This document shows, piece by piece, positions 34,746-64,000 of a stretch of 64,000 nucleotides of DNA; positions within the stretch are counted from its first letter, which is position 1; each line of letters starts with the position of its first letter. The notes below the pieces were generated by a model, which searched no databases, had not been told where the DNA came from, and worked only from the letters and a program-made list of their open reading frames with translations. The stretch spans positions 19,778,001 to 19,842,000 of the forward strand of contig NC_135907.1 in NCBI RefSeq assembly GCF_964194155.1, read 5' to 3'. Origin of the DNA: Cetorhinus maximus. Its lineage: Eukaryota. A program made the translations under genes and the position numbers.

Positions 34746-36929
34746 AGAATTACCATCGCTTCTATTGCCAATTTGCCACTCCTGCTGTGCCCCAACCAAT
34801 TGCCCCCTTCGCTGGGGCACAGTTCAACTGGTGTTGCCTGGGTCGAGATATTGATTGGCAAGGTATGGAGAGGTGACAATCATCACAACCGTGCTCAATC
34901 ACACTATGATCCTATATACAGAAAGGGGCAGAAGTCACTGGACAATGATCAGGCACTGGCTCATTTTGCCCTCCTGATTTCCATGCTTGGTGGTTAATTC
35001 TAGTCTGTGGGACGAGGGATTTTAGCTGCAAGGTTGGAGAAGCTGGGGTTGTTCTCCTTGGAGCAAAGGAGGTTGAGGTGAGATTTGATAGCGATGTACA
35101 GGATTGTGACAGGCTTAGATAAGCCATACAAAGAAAAGCTGTTCCCGTGAGCTGATCATAGAAGGACTAGGAGACACAGGTTTAAGATTTCAGACAAGAG
35201 GTGCAGGGAGGGAGTGGAACTTGCTGCCTAAGAGGGTGATGGAAACAGAGACGATCAATAATATCACAGGAAGCTGGATGGGTGCTATTTGTGGGAAATA
35301 AACTTGCAAGGGATAGAGTTGGGGAATGCAACTGACTGGATTGCTCTACAGAGAGCTGGCATCGACTTCCAATGGGCAGAATGGCCTCCTGTGCTGTAAT
35401 GACTCAATGACTAAGTTAGAAAGAAAGATAGAGAGAAAGAGAAAGCAAGTAAATACATTTTTAGAGGACTTTCCATGCTCAGTGAATGTCCCAAAGTATT
35501 ACACAGCCAATGGAATGGCTTGTGAATGTAGTTAATGTTGTTATGTTGGAAAATGTACCAAGATAGATGTGGTGGAGGAACGAATGTTGACCTAGGACAA
35601 CGGGAGATCTTCCTGCTCCTCTTTTAAGCAATAGAATGGGATCATTTACCTGTTCAGATTAACATCTCATCTGAAAGGCAGCACCTCGATGGTGCAGCAC
35701 TCCCTCAGCATCTCATTGGTCCACTATTCGGGAAGGCTGACCATCATTTAAAACCAGGAGGAAGCAAAGTACTGCAGGTGCTGGGAATTCAACATCAAAA
35801 TCAGAAAATGCTGGAAATATTCAGCAGGTCAGGCAGCATCTGTGGGGAGAAAAAGGGCTAACGTTTCAGGCTGATTACCTCTAATAGTGTTATCCACAGG
35901 ATCTTGTTAGAATACTCTAAGCCTTTTGTCTGGTGACACTGCAGTGACAGCATGATTGCACATCCCCCATCATTGGTCCATTAAAAATAGGCCCAATCTC
36001 CAAAGTGGTGCTGAATTCTCTCGCCTGAATCCCCTTTACATGGAGTTACAGTACAGAAACAGGCCTCTTAGGTAACATGCCAGGGTTTATGCTCCAGAAC
36101 AGCTTGCTTTTCATCTAAATTTATTCAACATTATATTATTATATTCAATATTAAAATATATTCAAGACTGAGATCGATAGATTTTTAGATTTTAAGGGAA
36201 TCAAGGGATTTGGGATTGGTCAGGAAATTGGAGTGAGGTCAAAGATCCGACATGATTTTATTAAATGGTGGAGTAGACTCAAGAAGCCACATGGCCAGTT
36301 ACTCCTATCTTTTATGTTCTTAAATGGAGTTAAGATACAGATCAGCCATGATCTAATCGAATGACAGAGTAGGCTAGGGGCTGAATGTTTCCTAATTCTT
36401 ACGTTCTATAATTTATGTGCTTCAATTTCCTCACTCCTGGCACACTATTAGAAGAGATCCTCATTAAATCTACTGTATTATTGAAATATAATAAATCCCC
36501 GCCATCAGATGTGTTGGAAATCAGGAGAACTCGACACTCTCTATCTCTGCAATTTCCTCCAACCCCACAACCCTCCTATAGCAGAAGGACCCAGCATATT
36601 AAGGGTAAACCTGGGACTGAGTGCAGCGCTGACCACCGGTGATGTAAGAAGGTACCTGACCCAGAGCTCAGGGCAGCCTTATAGAGCTAGGTAGCAACAT
36701 GTAAGGACATGCCATGAAGCCCTCTACTGTAAATATGTATATAGCTGCTTAATGGTGTCCAAGCAGTACACGTCATGAGTATCAACAACAAAACAACTCC
36801 CCATTCGGAAAATCCAGTACAATTTGGAAATGACTGGTACTCGTCCAAACTGGAGTTTTGTTTTAAGGTATACAAGAGAAGTTCAGATCAGTACTAGTCA
36901 TTTCCCAAGTTTTACTGGTTTTTCCTTAT

Positions 36930-37195
36930 CCTGCGCTCCTCTAATTCTGGCCTCTTGCGCATTCCCATTTATAACCGTCCCACCATTGGGTGACAGCGGC
37001 TTCAGTTGCCTGGGCCCCAAGCTCCGGAGTTCCCTCCCTCCATCCCTCGTCTTTTAAGATGCTCCTTGAAACCGATCTATTTGACCAAGCTTTTGATCAT
37101 CTGACCTAAAATCTCCTTATGTCTCCTGGGGTCAGATTTTGTTCTGTAATGATCCTGTGAAGCGTCCTGGGACGTTTATTGTGTTAAATGCATTG
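36930..37195 (+). mobile_element. L2-like LINE 3' end
   Basis: ctggcctcttg..ccaccattgg..ttcagttgcctgggccccaagctc.ggagttccct..tttgaccaagcttttg..cctgtgaagcgtcctgggacg; related pieces at ~1825-2090(-), 2450-2650(-), 24420-25040(+). Confidence 0.6.
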
Positions 37196-37526
37196 TGTAT
37201 ATTGTGTATGTTATTGTGTATATCTATTATACGTATATATCTATAAAAAATATAAATATATATTTATAAATATTTACTAAATGTATATTTATAAATATAT
37301 ATAAATACACATTTATATGTATTTATATTAAAAATATATACATTCATAAAGATGTGGTTGAGGGTATATGTAGTCATAAAGTTGTTGTTGTTGTTGTAAG
37401 GGGGCGGGGGGAAGTTTTCTTGGACCGGACCGGAACCTTTGTTCGGGACACGGGTTTCCGGGTCGGAGCGGAGCCGCGGACGCAATCGGAAGTTGGATCA
37501 GTCGTTAGAAACCGGCAACCGGCAGC

Positions 37527-55009
<17,483 letters not shown>

Positions 55010-55113
55010 GTCTTGATGATGTGAATGCTGTGACGATGTTTATTACAATGAAGACCTGATCATTTTGTTGATTTGATGCATATTTTTATCTGTCCCCAAA
55101 GTTTTTTTTGTAC

Positions 55114-55119
55114 AATAAA
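55114..55119 (+). terminator. RUVBL2 polyadenylation signal
   Basis: AATAAA ~105 nt after stop codon followed by GT/T-rich sequence. Confidence 0.7.
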
Positions 55120-57035
55120 TTCTGAAAGTTTTGAGTTTTGCAGTGAAATTTGCTGCGGGTTTTGATAATCTGCACTGTTAGTCACTACATCCCTGTGAAG
55201 TGATGGCTGGACTGGTGAAGAACCCTGCTGTAGTGCACCAAGGGGCTGAAATATACCTCTGTTCTGGACACCAAGTCCCCAGTCTCAGTCAGAGGGGCAT
55301 ATCTCCCCTCCTCTTGCAGCTTCTGGCGTACAGTTCCATGGGTACCAGCAACATCCGAGAGGCCATTCTGCATGGGTACACCTGGACAGTGAGGATGCCA
55401 GCTGTTTAACCAAGGGAGGTGCCTCTGCTTATATCCTGTTCTCAGGCTGACCTCTGCACATGCACAACACCAAGCAGGCCTTAATGAACATTGATCAGAA
55501 CACTGGCTGCTATTTCCCTTTCTTAGCCCAGAATTGCTGGGGTAATTGCAGCATTATAACTGCTGTCCCAGCCTGAACTCAGCAAGTTCAATGCAGACCA
55601 GGGAATGAGCCTTAGACCTTCTGTCTTGTATGCTGAGTGCTATCTGAATGCTGTGAAGCTTGATTTGATAGGTCTACTTTTTGAATTGTCTTTATTAGGA
55701 GTCCAAGCCCATGAGTCCTTGATTATGCAGGATTTTCAATTCCTACTTTCAACATATACAGTGAGTTATGCTGTACTCTTTAAAAAGTGTTTAATATTCC
55801 AAGATGTGGTAGTGTCATAGTTCTGTTTTACACAAAAATGTACTCACATGAGCAACCAGTTTAAAGGAGCAATGTACCTTCACATCTATTTTTACTCCAC
55901 ATTGACATTTTCGGTAATATTTTCAGTTATTTGTGTTAGGGCAGTCAGTTCTAGTATTATACAACTTTCTTACTTGTGGCATTCTGTATTTCCACATTAG
56001 ATATAGCCCAGGTTTGATGAGGGCAGAGTCCTTTTACACTGGTTCATAAAGTTCTCTAGGATGAGGTAGATCTTGAGTCCATGCAGAGTAAAGTTCCCTC
56101 TATACTGCCCAGCGTAGCTCAGTCCAAAAGCAGCACCTAACATGTCAGTGACATTTCCATTTCTGACACTAATCATTCTTACAGCAAGGAAGTGGTGTTC
56201 ACTAGCATTGGAATTTGGAAACTGTCCCAATTTCATGTGGAACCTTAGAAACAGGAGTCTTTCATCCTCAGTATGGAGCAAGTTCAGACCCAGGTTCCTT
56301 ATGTAAGAGGACTGCAATTTATCTCTCTGCTGCAGATGAAGGTGCAGCCAGCAACATTTGTTTATTTTTTGGGACTTTTTTAAAAAAGAAAATCGAGATT
56401 TTGAATTGAAATATTTTTGATTACTGTGCTGTTTCCTCCATTTTGGGAGTAGCCCGGGGTTACCACCTGTTCCAATTTAAACAGTCAAAACAATTTTGGG
56501 GAGCCAGCTGGAATTTGTGTGGTTAAATATTGGAAAGCAAAATCTGGTTTTGCAGCTAAAAGACCACATTCCCTATGGATAACTGCCACAAAATCTATCT
56601 TTTCACGTTAACAGTTTGAATCACTTTTAGAAGATGACTTCACCTGTTCCTTTGCCCACATAGCGTCCCCCTTCTCCCAACCCTCGCCAGCTCCCTTTGT
56701 TGCTTTGAAAGCTGGTAATTCTATACTGTTTCCAAAATGGCCACCATTTCAATCAGAATTCACATCTATAAAACAATTTCTTTGTAAAACTTCCAGTGAA
56801 ACTTTTTTTTTAATCACAGTGTTTTGAATGTCAGATGTATAGTGCTTTACTGTTGATTACAGTTTAGTGCTCCTTTTAAGCGGGTGAGTACAGGAAAACA
56901 CAGAGCACCTTCTTTAGGATGTCAAGAGAAACCGGCTCTGACACCACAAAGAAGACTCTAAATGAGCAAAGTGCAGCAGAGAAGGCACGAGAGTGGTGAG
57001 AAGAGAGGCGATGGGCGCTGGTGAAGAGGAACGTC

Positions 57036-60000
57036 TCACAGCAACACTCTCCTGGCACTGCAGAAGTCCGGTTTGATGCTCTGCACCGTGCAGTCAGTGT
57101 AATCCATTTTACAGCGGTTGCATTCACAGCTGACTGCCACAGGGTAGGTGTAGGTGGAGTCAACACCCAAGGGGCAGCCTGGCAGCCTGATGGCCTCATA
57201 TCGAATCTCCTTGTAAGTACACACATGCTGGTAAACTGACAGGAGAGGGCTCTTGTATACTGATTCCTGCAGTCAAAGAATATGTTCTTAGTTAATCATT
57301 ACAATGTTTCAACCTTGTCTCCAGACATTGAGTAAGATTCTTATTTTACAACCTTTGGGTAGAAAGTTCTTCCCCGTTTTATTTGAAATCTTTTGTTCCC
57401 AATCTTGGTACAATCTCAAAGTCTTTCTGTTTGCACTTCCTGTAAGCATTTCCCCATGGAACAGAAGGACAATTACTTAATGCTTTTGGCTATATCATTC
57501 ACAACTAATTAATTATTTTTGAAATGTAATCGCTGTTGTTTTGGAGGGAAACCAGGCAGCAAGGTCCCATGAACAGCAATCTAATAATGACTAGATCAAC
57601 TGTGGTGGTTTGAGGGATAGATGGTGCCCAGGACGCTGGGGAAATGCCCCTGTTCCTCCTCATTGGATCTTTTGCATCACGTGAGCGGGCAGAATTTTAA
57701 CATCTCACCTGAAAGATGATAGCTCTGGCAGTGCAATACTCCCTCAGTACTGTACTAAAGTGCCAGCTCAGATTACGGGTTCAGTCAAGTCTCTGGAATG
57801 GTCCTTGAACCCTTCACCACCTTGTTCAGAGGTTTAATTACATCATTTCCCCAAGGAGGCACTACCACCCATGGTGGGAGGATGTAACTAAAGTGTGACA
57901 AGTTATAAATATGTATTTAGGAACTCATGCATTAGTTTGTTTTTCCAGTATGAATGAATACCAGGCCCAGTTACCTCACATTTACCCCATTGTAGACTTT
58001 CCATGACAGGATATTAACTAGTATTTTCTAATCTTTTTCCCTTTTCCACATTTTTATTTCTTCCCCCAAAGGCCATTTTCAAAGTGTGCAAAATTACACA
58101 TGTTGTACAATAATCTGGGCTTCGGGTAATAACATTTCAATTTGCGTTTCAACCACCGATGTTTTAGCCCCAAAAGTAACAGTTTCCACCTCAGATATTT
58201 CTGAAAGGTGACTCTAGTTTTAGATTTCATAGAATCAGACAGACCACAAGGAGGCCCATCATGTGTGTGTCAGCTCTGTGAAAGAGCGACCCAATGAGTC
58301 CCACACCCTCGCTCTTTTCCCATTGTCCTATAATTTCTCCCCTTCAATTATTTATTCAATTCCTTTTTGAAAGGTACAACTGCCACCCTTTCAAGCAGCA
58401 ACATGCATTCTTGCTTTATCAGGTAGACTGTTGGATGCTGGATTCCAACTTAAGGAAATTTGTCAAGTTCTTCTCCAGCATAACTGCAGAAATGAACCCT
58501 GCTTTCCATATCCATGCATCTTCCTAGACATACGTAAGGTCCCAGCCCTTGAAGGCAACTCACCACCACTCCTTTCCCACCCTGGTGAGTGTCAGCACAA
58601 TATTTAATCATGAGATGTGAATCCTACTCTTTCTCCATCTCACACCCACCACTGCACTTCTCAAGCTAGATCATTGGGTAATTGTCGTGCAGGACTCCAA
58701 TTAATCTTAGCCCCTCACTTAGTCAAAGGGTGCCAAAGCCAGTAGTGATTCAGCTGCTGCCCAGTACAAAAGCAGCTACCTCAGGTATTGAACATATGAC
58801 CACTGCTGTGGGCAACACTATTTGTGGCTACAAGGGCAGGTCAGAGGCTGGCAATGCTGTGGAGGGTAACTGAATAATTTTTGGAGGGTACCTCACCTGA
58901 TACCCCAAAGCCTGTCCATATACAAAAAAAACCCATTAGCATAGAAAGGGAGGAGGTTCTAAGTGGTCTGGCAGGATTAGAAGTAGATAAATCTCCAGGC
59001 CCGGATGAAATGTATCCCAAGCTGTTGAGTGAAGCAAGGGAGGAGATAGCAGGGGTGCTGGCAATAATTTTCAATACCTCTCTGGCCACAGGAGAGGTGC
59101 CAGAGGACTGGAGGACAGCCAATATGGTACCGTTATTTAAGAAGGGAGGAAGGGATAAACCAGGGAACTACAGGCCAGTCACTCTAACTCAGTGGTGGGG
59201 AACATATTGGAAGCAATTCTGAGGGACAGAACTAATCTACACTTGGAGAGGCAGCGATTAATCAAGGACAGTCAGCATGGTTTAGTTAAGGGGGGTGTCA
59301 TGTCTGATCAATTTGATTGAATTTTTCGAAGAGGGGACCAGGGTATGTAGATGAGGGAAATGCATTTGACGTAGTCTATTTGGACTTCAGCAAGGCTTTT
59401 GATAAAGTTCCGCATGAGAGACTGATAATGAAGAGCCCATGGGATCCAAGGCAAATTGGATCCAGAATTGGCTGAGTGGCAGGAAGCAGAGGGTGATGGT
59501 CAGGGGGTGTTTTTGTGACTGGATGCCTGTGTCCAGGGATCGGTGTTGGGTCCCTTGCTGTTTGTGGTATGTAGGAGGGTTGATAAGTAAGTTCAGGGAT
59601 GATGAAAATTGGTGGGGTGGTAAATAGTGAGGAGGATAGCCTTAGATTACAGGAGGATATAGACGGGCTGGTCAGATGGGCTGATCAGTGGCAAATGGAT
59701 AAGTGTGAGGTGATGCACTGGGGCAGGACAAACAAAGCACAGGAATACACGATGAATGGTAGGACCCTGGGAAGTACCGAGGATCAGAGGGACCTTGGTG
59801 TGCATGTCCACTGGTCTCTTTAGGTAGTGGGACAGGTAGATAAGGTGGTTAAGAAGGCATATGGGATACTTGCCTTTATTAGCCGAGGCATAGAATATAA
59901 GAGCAGGGAGGTTGTGCTGGAACTGTATAAAATGCTGGTTAGGCCACGGCTAGAGTATTGCATGCAGTTCTGGAATCCGTATTATAAGAAGGATGTGATT

Positions 60001-61475
60001 GCACTTGAGAGAGAGCAGAGGAGATTTACCAGGCTGTTGCCTGGGCTGGAGAGTTTTAGTTATGAGGAGAGATTGGATAGACTGGGGTTATTTTCCCTGG
60101 AGCAGAGGAGATTGAGGGGGGACATGATTGAGGTGCATAAAATTATGAGGGGCATAGCTAGGGTAGACAGGAAGGAACTTTTCCCCTTTGGAGGAGGGAT
60201 CAATAACCAGGGGGCATAGATTTAAGGTAAGGGGCAGGAGGTTTAGAGGGGATGTGAGGAAGAATTTTTTCACCCAGAGGGTGGTGGGAATCTGGAACTC
60301 ACTGCCTGAAAGGATGGTAGAGGCAGAAACCCTCATAACATTTAAGAGGTATTTGGATGTGCACTTGCGATGCCATGGCATACAAGGCCTAGTGCTGGAA
60401 AATGGGACTAGAATAGTTAGCTGCTTGTTTGACCGGCACAGACTCGATGGGCTGAAGGGCCTTTTTCTATGCTGTACAGCTCTATGACTCTATAACCATT
60501 GGATTTGCCTGTTAAACTTTCTAGGAACTTGGAATTGTTATAAATGAGGATCTAAGCCTCAGCAGTTTTTTGGGGGAAAGAGCTCTCTGAGAAGGCTCCT
60601 TTGGTGTTGGTACAGAACAAGTAAAGGCCAGTCAGCCCTTCCAGCTCACCATGTCACTCACTTTCAGATTCACTGCACTACTTCAGAGAGGGAGACAGGC
60701 TTCATTATTTCCATCAATTCCAAGCCCAAACTGTGGGTCTTCATGGGGAGGGGGGGAGAGGGGTGGGCTGGTATATCACCAGTCTCCACCTTGTTTAATC
60801 TTCCCCAGGTGCTTATGGGCTCACTTCACTCAGTCTCGATGGACCCTGAGTAGTTTAAAAGAAAATTATTCAAGTGTTCCCAATGCTGACTGACAGGTCC
60901 AGCAGCCTTGTGCTAGCGCGCGGACACTCGGGTGAGGAGGGTTGTTAAACTTTGGAATGCTCTTCCCCTGAGAACAGTGAAGGTTGGGTCATTGACTACA
61001 TTCAAGACTGATTATCATTTTTGATTGATAAAAGAGTCAAGGGTTATGGAGGGAGCAGAAGGAAAGTGGAGTTGATCAGATCAGACATGATCGCATTGAA
61101 TGGCAGAGCAGGCTTGAGGGGCTGAATGACCTCTTCCTGAGTAGGATAGTAATAAGAATGGCTGCTTGCACAAGGTGCTGGGGAAAACCTTTGGATGATG
61201 GGGTGGGGTGGTGGGCGGCGGGGGGGGGGAGCGGTGGTACAAGTGGCAGGGGATGTGAGTAGGGTGTACAAAGAAAAGGCAGAGGTCCCATTTCCCCCCC
61301 CATCCCCCATTACCTTTGTTGGACAGTAGCCACTGCATATGGAAGTAGTGAGGCTCACACAGATAGGGCACTCATCCTTTTCGGCAGAGATTGTCACGTT
61401 GGTCGGGTGGCAGAGGTGTCGGCTTTGGACAAAACACAAGCACAGTGCGAGGAGGAACAGCTGAGAGGAGCACAT
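57036..61475 (-). CDS. LHB: Luteinizing hormone beta subunit precursor, 130 aa; coding exons 61475-61314 and 57266-57036
   Basis: Signal peptide, then [36 protein letters not shown]|[69 protein letters not shown]; 12 cysteines of glycoprotein-hormone beta cystine knot, single NVT sequon; tail-to-tail with RUVBL2 as for mammalian LHB. Confidence 0.95.
58935..60495 (+). mobile_element. CR1 LINE fragment in LHB intron 2
   Basis: [68 protein letters not shown]; ends in ctctatgactctat tail. Confidence 0.95.
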
Positions 61476-61729
61476 GCTGCAAAAGAAAAAAAAAATGATA
61501 TTTTCCCCACATTTTGCCAGTTAGATTATATTTTCAGACTCTACGTTCTGCCAACATCGGGCGAAGGTGTCATATTAGACTCGAAACGTTAACTGTTTCT
61601 CTCTCCACGGATGCTGCCAGACCTGAGTCATTTTTTTTCTCCCCGGCACTTCCTGTTTTTACTTCAGATCTCCAGCATCTGCAGTATTTTGCTTTTACTT
61701 TAGCCAAGGTGGGGCACTTGGGCTGCTGG

Positions 61730-62100
61730 GTTTTTTTTTTGAAAAATATACTTTATTCATAAAATATCTGGAAGAACATTACAAAACATTTCTAAATCGC
61801 CATCGCAAAAAGTGCAATCAGATTCAACTTTTACACATGGATCGAGAGGTGGCTTCAATACAATCAATGAATATTACAGTCATTTCAATATGGTCATTAC
61901 AGACAGTCAGTCAGTGCAATGGGATTGGAGTTACCAACATACATCATGTTGCACTCTGAGGTGCTTCAATACAATTATAATACAATTAGTATTCAATGCA
62001 TGCATTCATTGTACAGCCCGAGGGGGTCTATACAATTCCCAGCCCCTCGGTGCACTATGGCAGAAAGGTCTTAGACAAAGACCCTTCCCCATCCCAGAGT
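61730..62100 (-). mobile_element. 3' end of a poly(A)-tailed LINE (L1/Tx1-like) in LHB intron 1
   Basis: T-run at 61730-61740 preceded (minus) by AATAAAG at 61751-61757 and an AT-rich 3'UTR-like stretch. Confidence 0.55.
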
Positions 62101-62251
62101 GTGTGGCAGACACTCTGAGTTTCCCTTCCCTGTGGGGAGCAGCCTCTACATAATGCTCAGGACCCCTTGGTAAGAAGAGTGATTCGGCCAATGGAGCCTA
62201 TTGCCTTAAGTATCACACCAACCTGAGAGAACCCATTTATTCATCAGTGTA

Positions 62252-62483
62252 AAAAACAAAAATAAAAATAACTGGAAAAACTCCAGCAGGTCTGACAGCA
62301 TCTGCGGAGAGGGACACAGTTAACGTTTCCAGTCCGCATGACTCTTCAACAGAACAAGAGTCATAGGGACTCGAAACGTTCACTGTGTCCCTCTCCGCAG
62401 ATGCTGTCAGACCTGCTGGAGTTTTTCCAGTTGTTTTTGTTTTGGATTTCCAGCATCCGCAGTTTTTTTTTTGCTTTTATTTG
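62252..62483. mobile_element. Foldback Penelope-like terminal element in LHB intron 1
   Basis: ~95-bp inverted arms (ctggaaaaactccagcaggtctgacagcatctgcggagagggacacag / reverse complement); tcagtgta duplicated at 62244-62251 and 62484-62491. Confidence 0.8.
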
Positions 62484-62950
62484 TCAGTGTAGTTTTTCGG
62501 ACTGACCCCCAACATTAAAAATTTCGACCAATGATATATAAACCAGCTGATAGGTAACCCATTGACTGTCTGACTTCAAATGAAAGCGTCTCATTCGCTT
62601 TTGCCCGTTTTGTACCATCTCTACAAGTTGAAAATTACCTCCCCTGCCCCCCACCCTCCACCCCCACCCCACAGGAGGGCTGTGCTGAAATGAAGACTTA
62701 TCCTACTCTTAACGCAATCTTTCCCAGAAGCTCCAAAAACTGTGCAATCGTCGCTCTCCTCGTGCTGTCCAGATTTAAACTTGGCTTCAGCCACTTTTCG
62801 TATTTTACCCTCCGCTGGGCTAAAGACAAGAACTGCCGGTGACCTCCTAATATCTCCAACCCCTTCTGCAGTAGGACCAGCAGCAGCGGAGTCCTGGTCC
62901 CCAGGTGCCTGGGAATGGAACTAGACAATATGCTATAAGATGACCTTTAC

Positions 62951-63005
62951 CTGATTTCGGCTGTGTTGCTGTGGTGTGGACTGTTGCAGATCTCACCCTG
63001 AACGC
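62951..63005 (-). other. LHB: Probable non-coding exon 1 of LHB
   Basis: ATG lies 1 nt after an acceptor (ttttgcag|C ATG at 61476), so an upstream exon is required; strong donor CAG|GTAAAG at 62951/62950 about 75 nt downstream of a TATAAAA box; no ATG in the segment. 5' boundary approximate. Confidence 0.65.
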
Positions 63006-63026
63006 TCTGGAAGAATTGCGTCAACC

Positions 63027-63227
63027 TTTTATAGGGATATTTTTGCCCCGATGACCATCTTCCTAGGATTTAGTCCACAAGGTTACCAGACAGTATTCAC
63101 TCGATATCTGGAATTAAGCAGGCACATTGGCCGCTTTATGATGCTGTTGGTGTTGCAGGCTCAGGAGGTGGATTATGGTCATGTATCTTTACGCAGCTCC
63201 CTCAATGTGAAACGGGCTCCAAGGCCG
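63027..63227 (-). promoter_or_regulatory. Candidate LHB proximal promoter
   Basis: Minus strand: TATAAAA 63033-63027; AAATCC 63071-63066 and TAATCC 63175-63170 (Pitx-like); TAACCTTGT 63085-63077 and CGGCCTTGG 63227-63219 (SF-1/NR5A1-like); CCAAT 63130-63126. Confidence 0.55.
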
Positions 63228-63544
63228 CGAACCTCGAGGAGTTGCACTTAGTTAAAATTGGGAATCAGGCGCGCAGAGTGATATTAAAACAGGTGATCCA
63301 AAACGCGGACAAAGAGCTGAGTTTTAAGGAGGAGAGTTTTAGGGAAGGAATTTTTAGACCCAGGAAATAAGAATAGACCCTAAGGTCCCCCCCCCCGCCC
63401 CCCCCCGCCTCAAGCCTGCTTCGCCATTCAATACCATCATGGTTGATCTTGGGCTTCAACTCCCACTCTCCAGCCCGCAATCCCCAATTCCCTTGATCCC
63501 CTGAGAGACCAAAAATCTGTCCATCCCAGCCTTCAATGAATTGG

Positions 63545-64000
63545 TCAGGAAAGCAAAAGCCCATGGGATTCAGGGTAATGTGGCAAACTGGATAAAAGGT
63601 TGGCTTTGTAACAGGAAACAAAGGTCGATGGATGCCCTTGCGAATGGAAAGTTGTCTCAAGTGGTGTTCCACAGGGCTCGGTGTCGGGTCCCTTGCTGTT
63701 TGTGTTATATATTAACGATTTGGACGTGAACGTGGGGGGCACGATTGGGAAATTTGCAGTTGACACAAAGATTGGCCGTGTAGTGGATAGTGTAGAGGAT
63801 AGCCATAATCTCCAAAACGATATAGATGGGTTGGTGGAGTGGGCGGTAAAGTGGCAGATGGATTTTAACATAGAGAAGTGTGAGGTCATACATTTAGGGA
63901 GGTCAAAAAGTTACAGGGATTACACAATAAATGGGAATATACTAAGAGGGGTAGATGAAGTAAGAGATCTTGGTGTACAAGTACACAGGTCCCTGAAGGC
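63545..64000 (+). mobile_element. CR1 LINE RT fragment running off the window
   Basis: AHGIQGNVANWIKGWL, GVPQGSV.GP, LQNDIDGLVEWAVKWQMDFN. Confidence 0.9.

Noticed and set aside
56876-57226. 116-aa alternative-frame ORF overlapping LHB exon 3 (possible CG-beta-like C-terminal extension)
   Set aside because: The cysteine-knot frame stops normally at 57036; no frameshift or read-through evidence and no in-frame S/P-rich extension.

Overview
Eukaryotic (cartilaginous-fish/shark-like) genomic DNA, repeat-rich, with four protein-coding genes that I could reconstruct by hand: (1) an intact, single-exon 747-aa C1orf94/DUF4688-like ORF on the minus strand (candidate retrogene); (2) a three-coding-exon, 294-aa type I membrane mucin on the minus strand whose cytoplasmic tail matches MUC15, sitting in the LHB paralogon rather than the FSHB paralogon (candidate unnamed MUC15 ohnolog); (3) a complete 15-exon RUVBL2 (462 aa, plus strand); (4) luteinizing hormone beta LHB (130 aa, minus strand), convergent with RUVBL2 as in mammals, with a probable non-coding first exon and SF-1/Pitx-like promoter. 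The rest is CR1, L2-like and another APE-RT LINE, DeuSINE (SacSINE1-like) and tRNA SINEs, three minisatellites, and many short Penelope-like terminal fragments that carry minimal hammerhead-ribozyme motifs, several arranged as foldback palindromes with target-site duplications. All gene identities come from recalled protein similarity, not from database searches; most short ORFs in the supplied track are repeat-derived noise.
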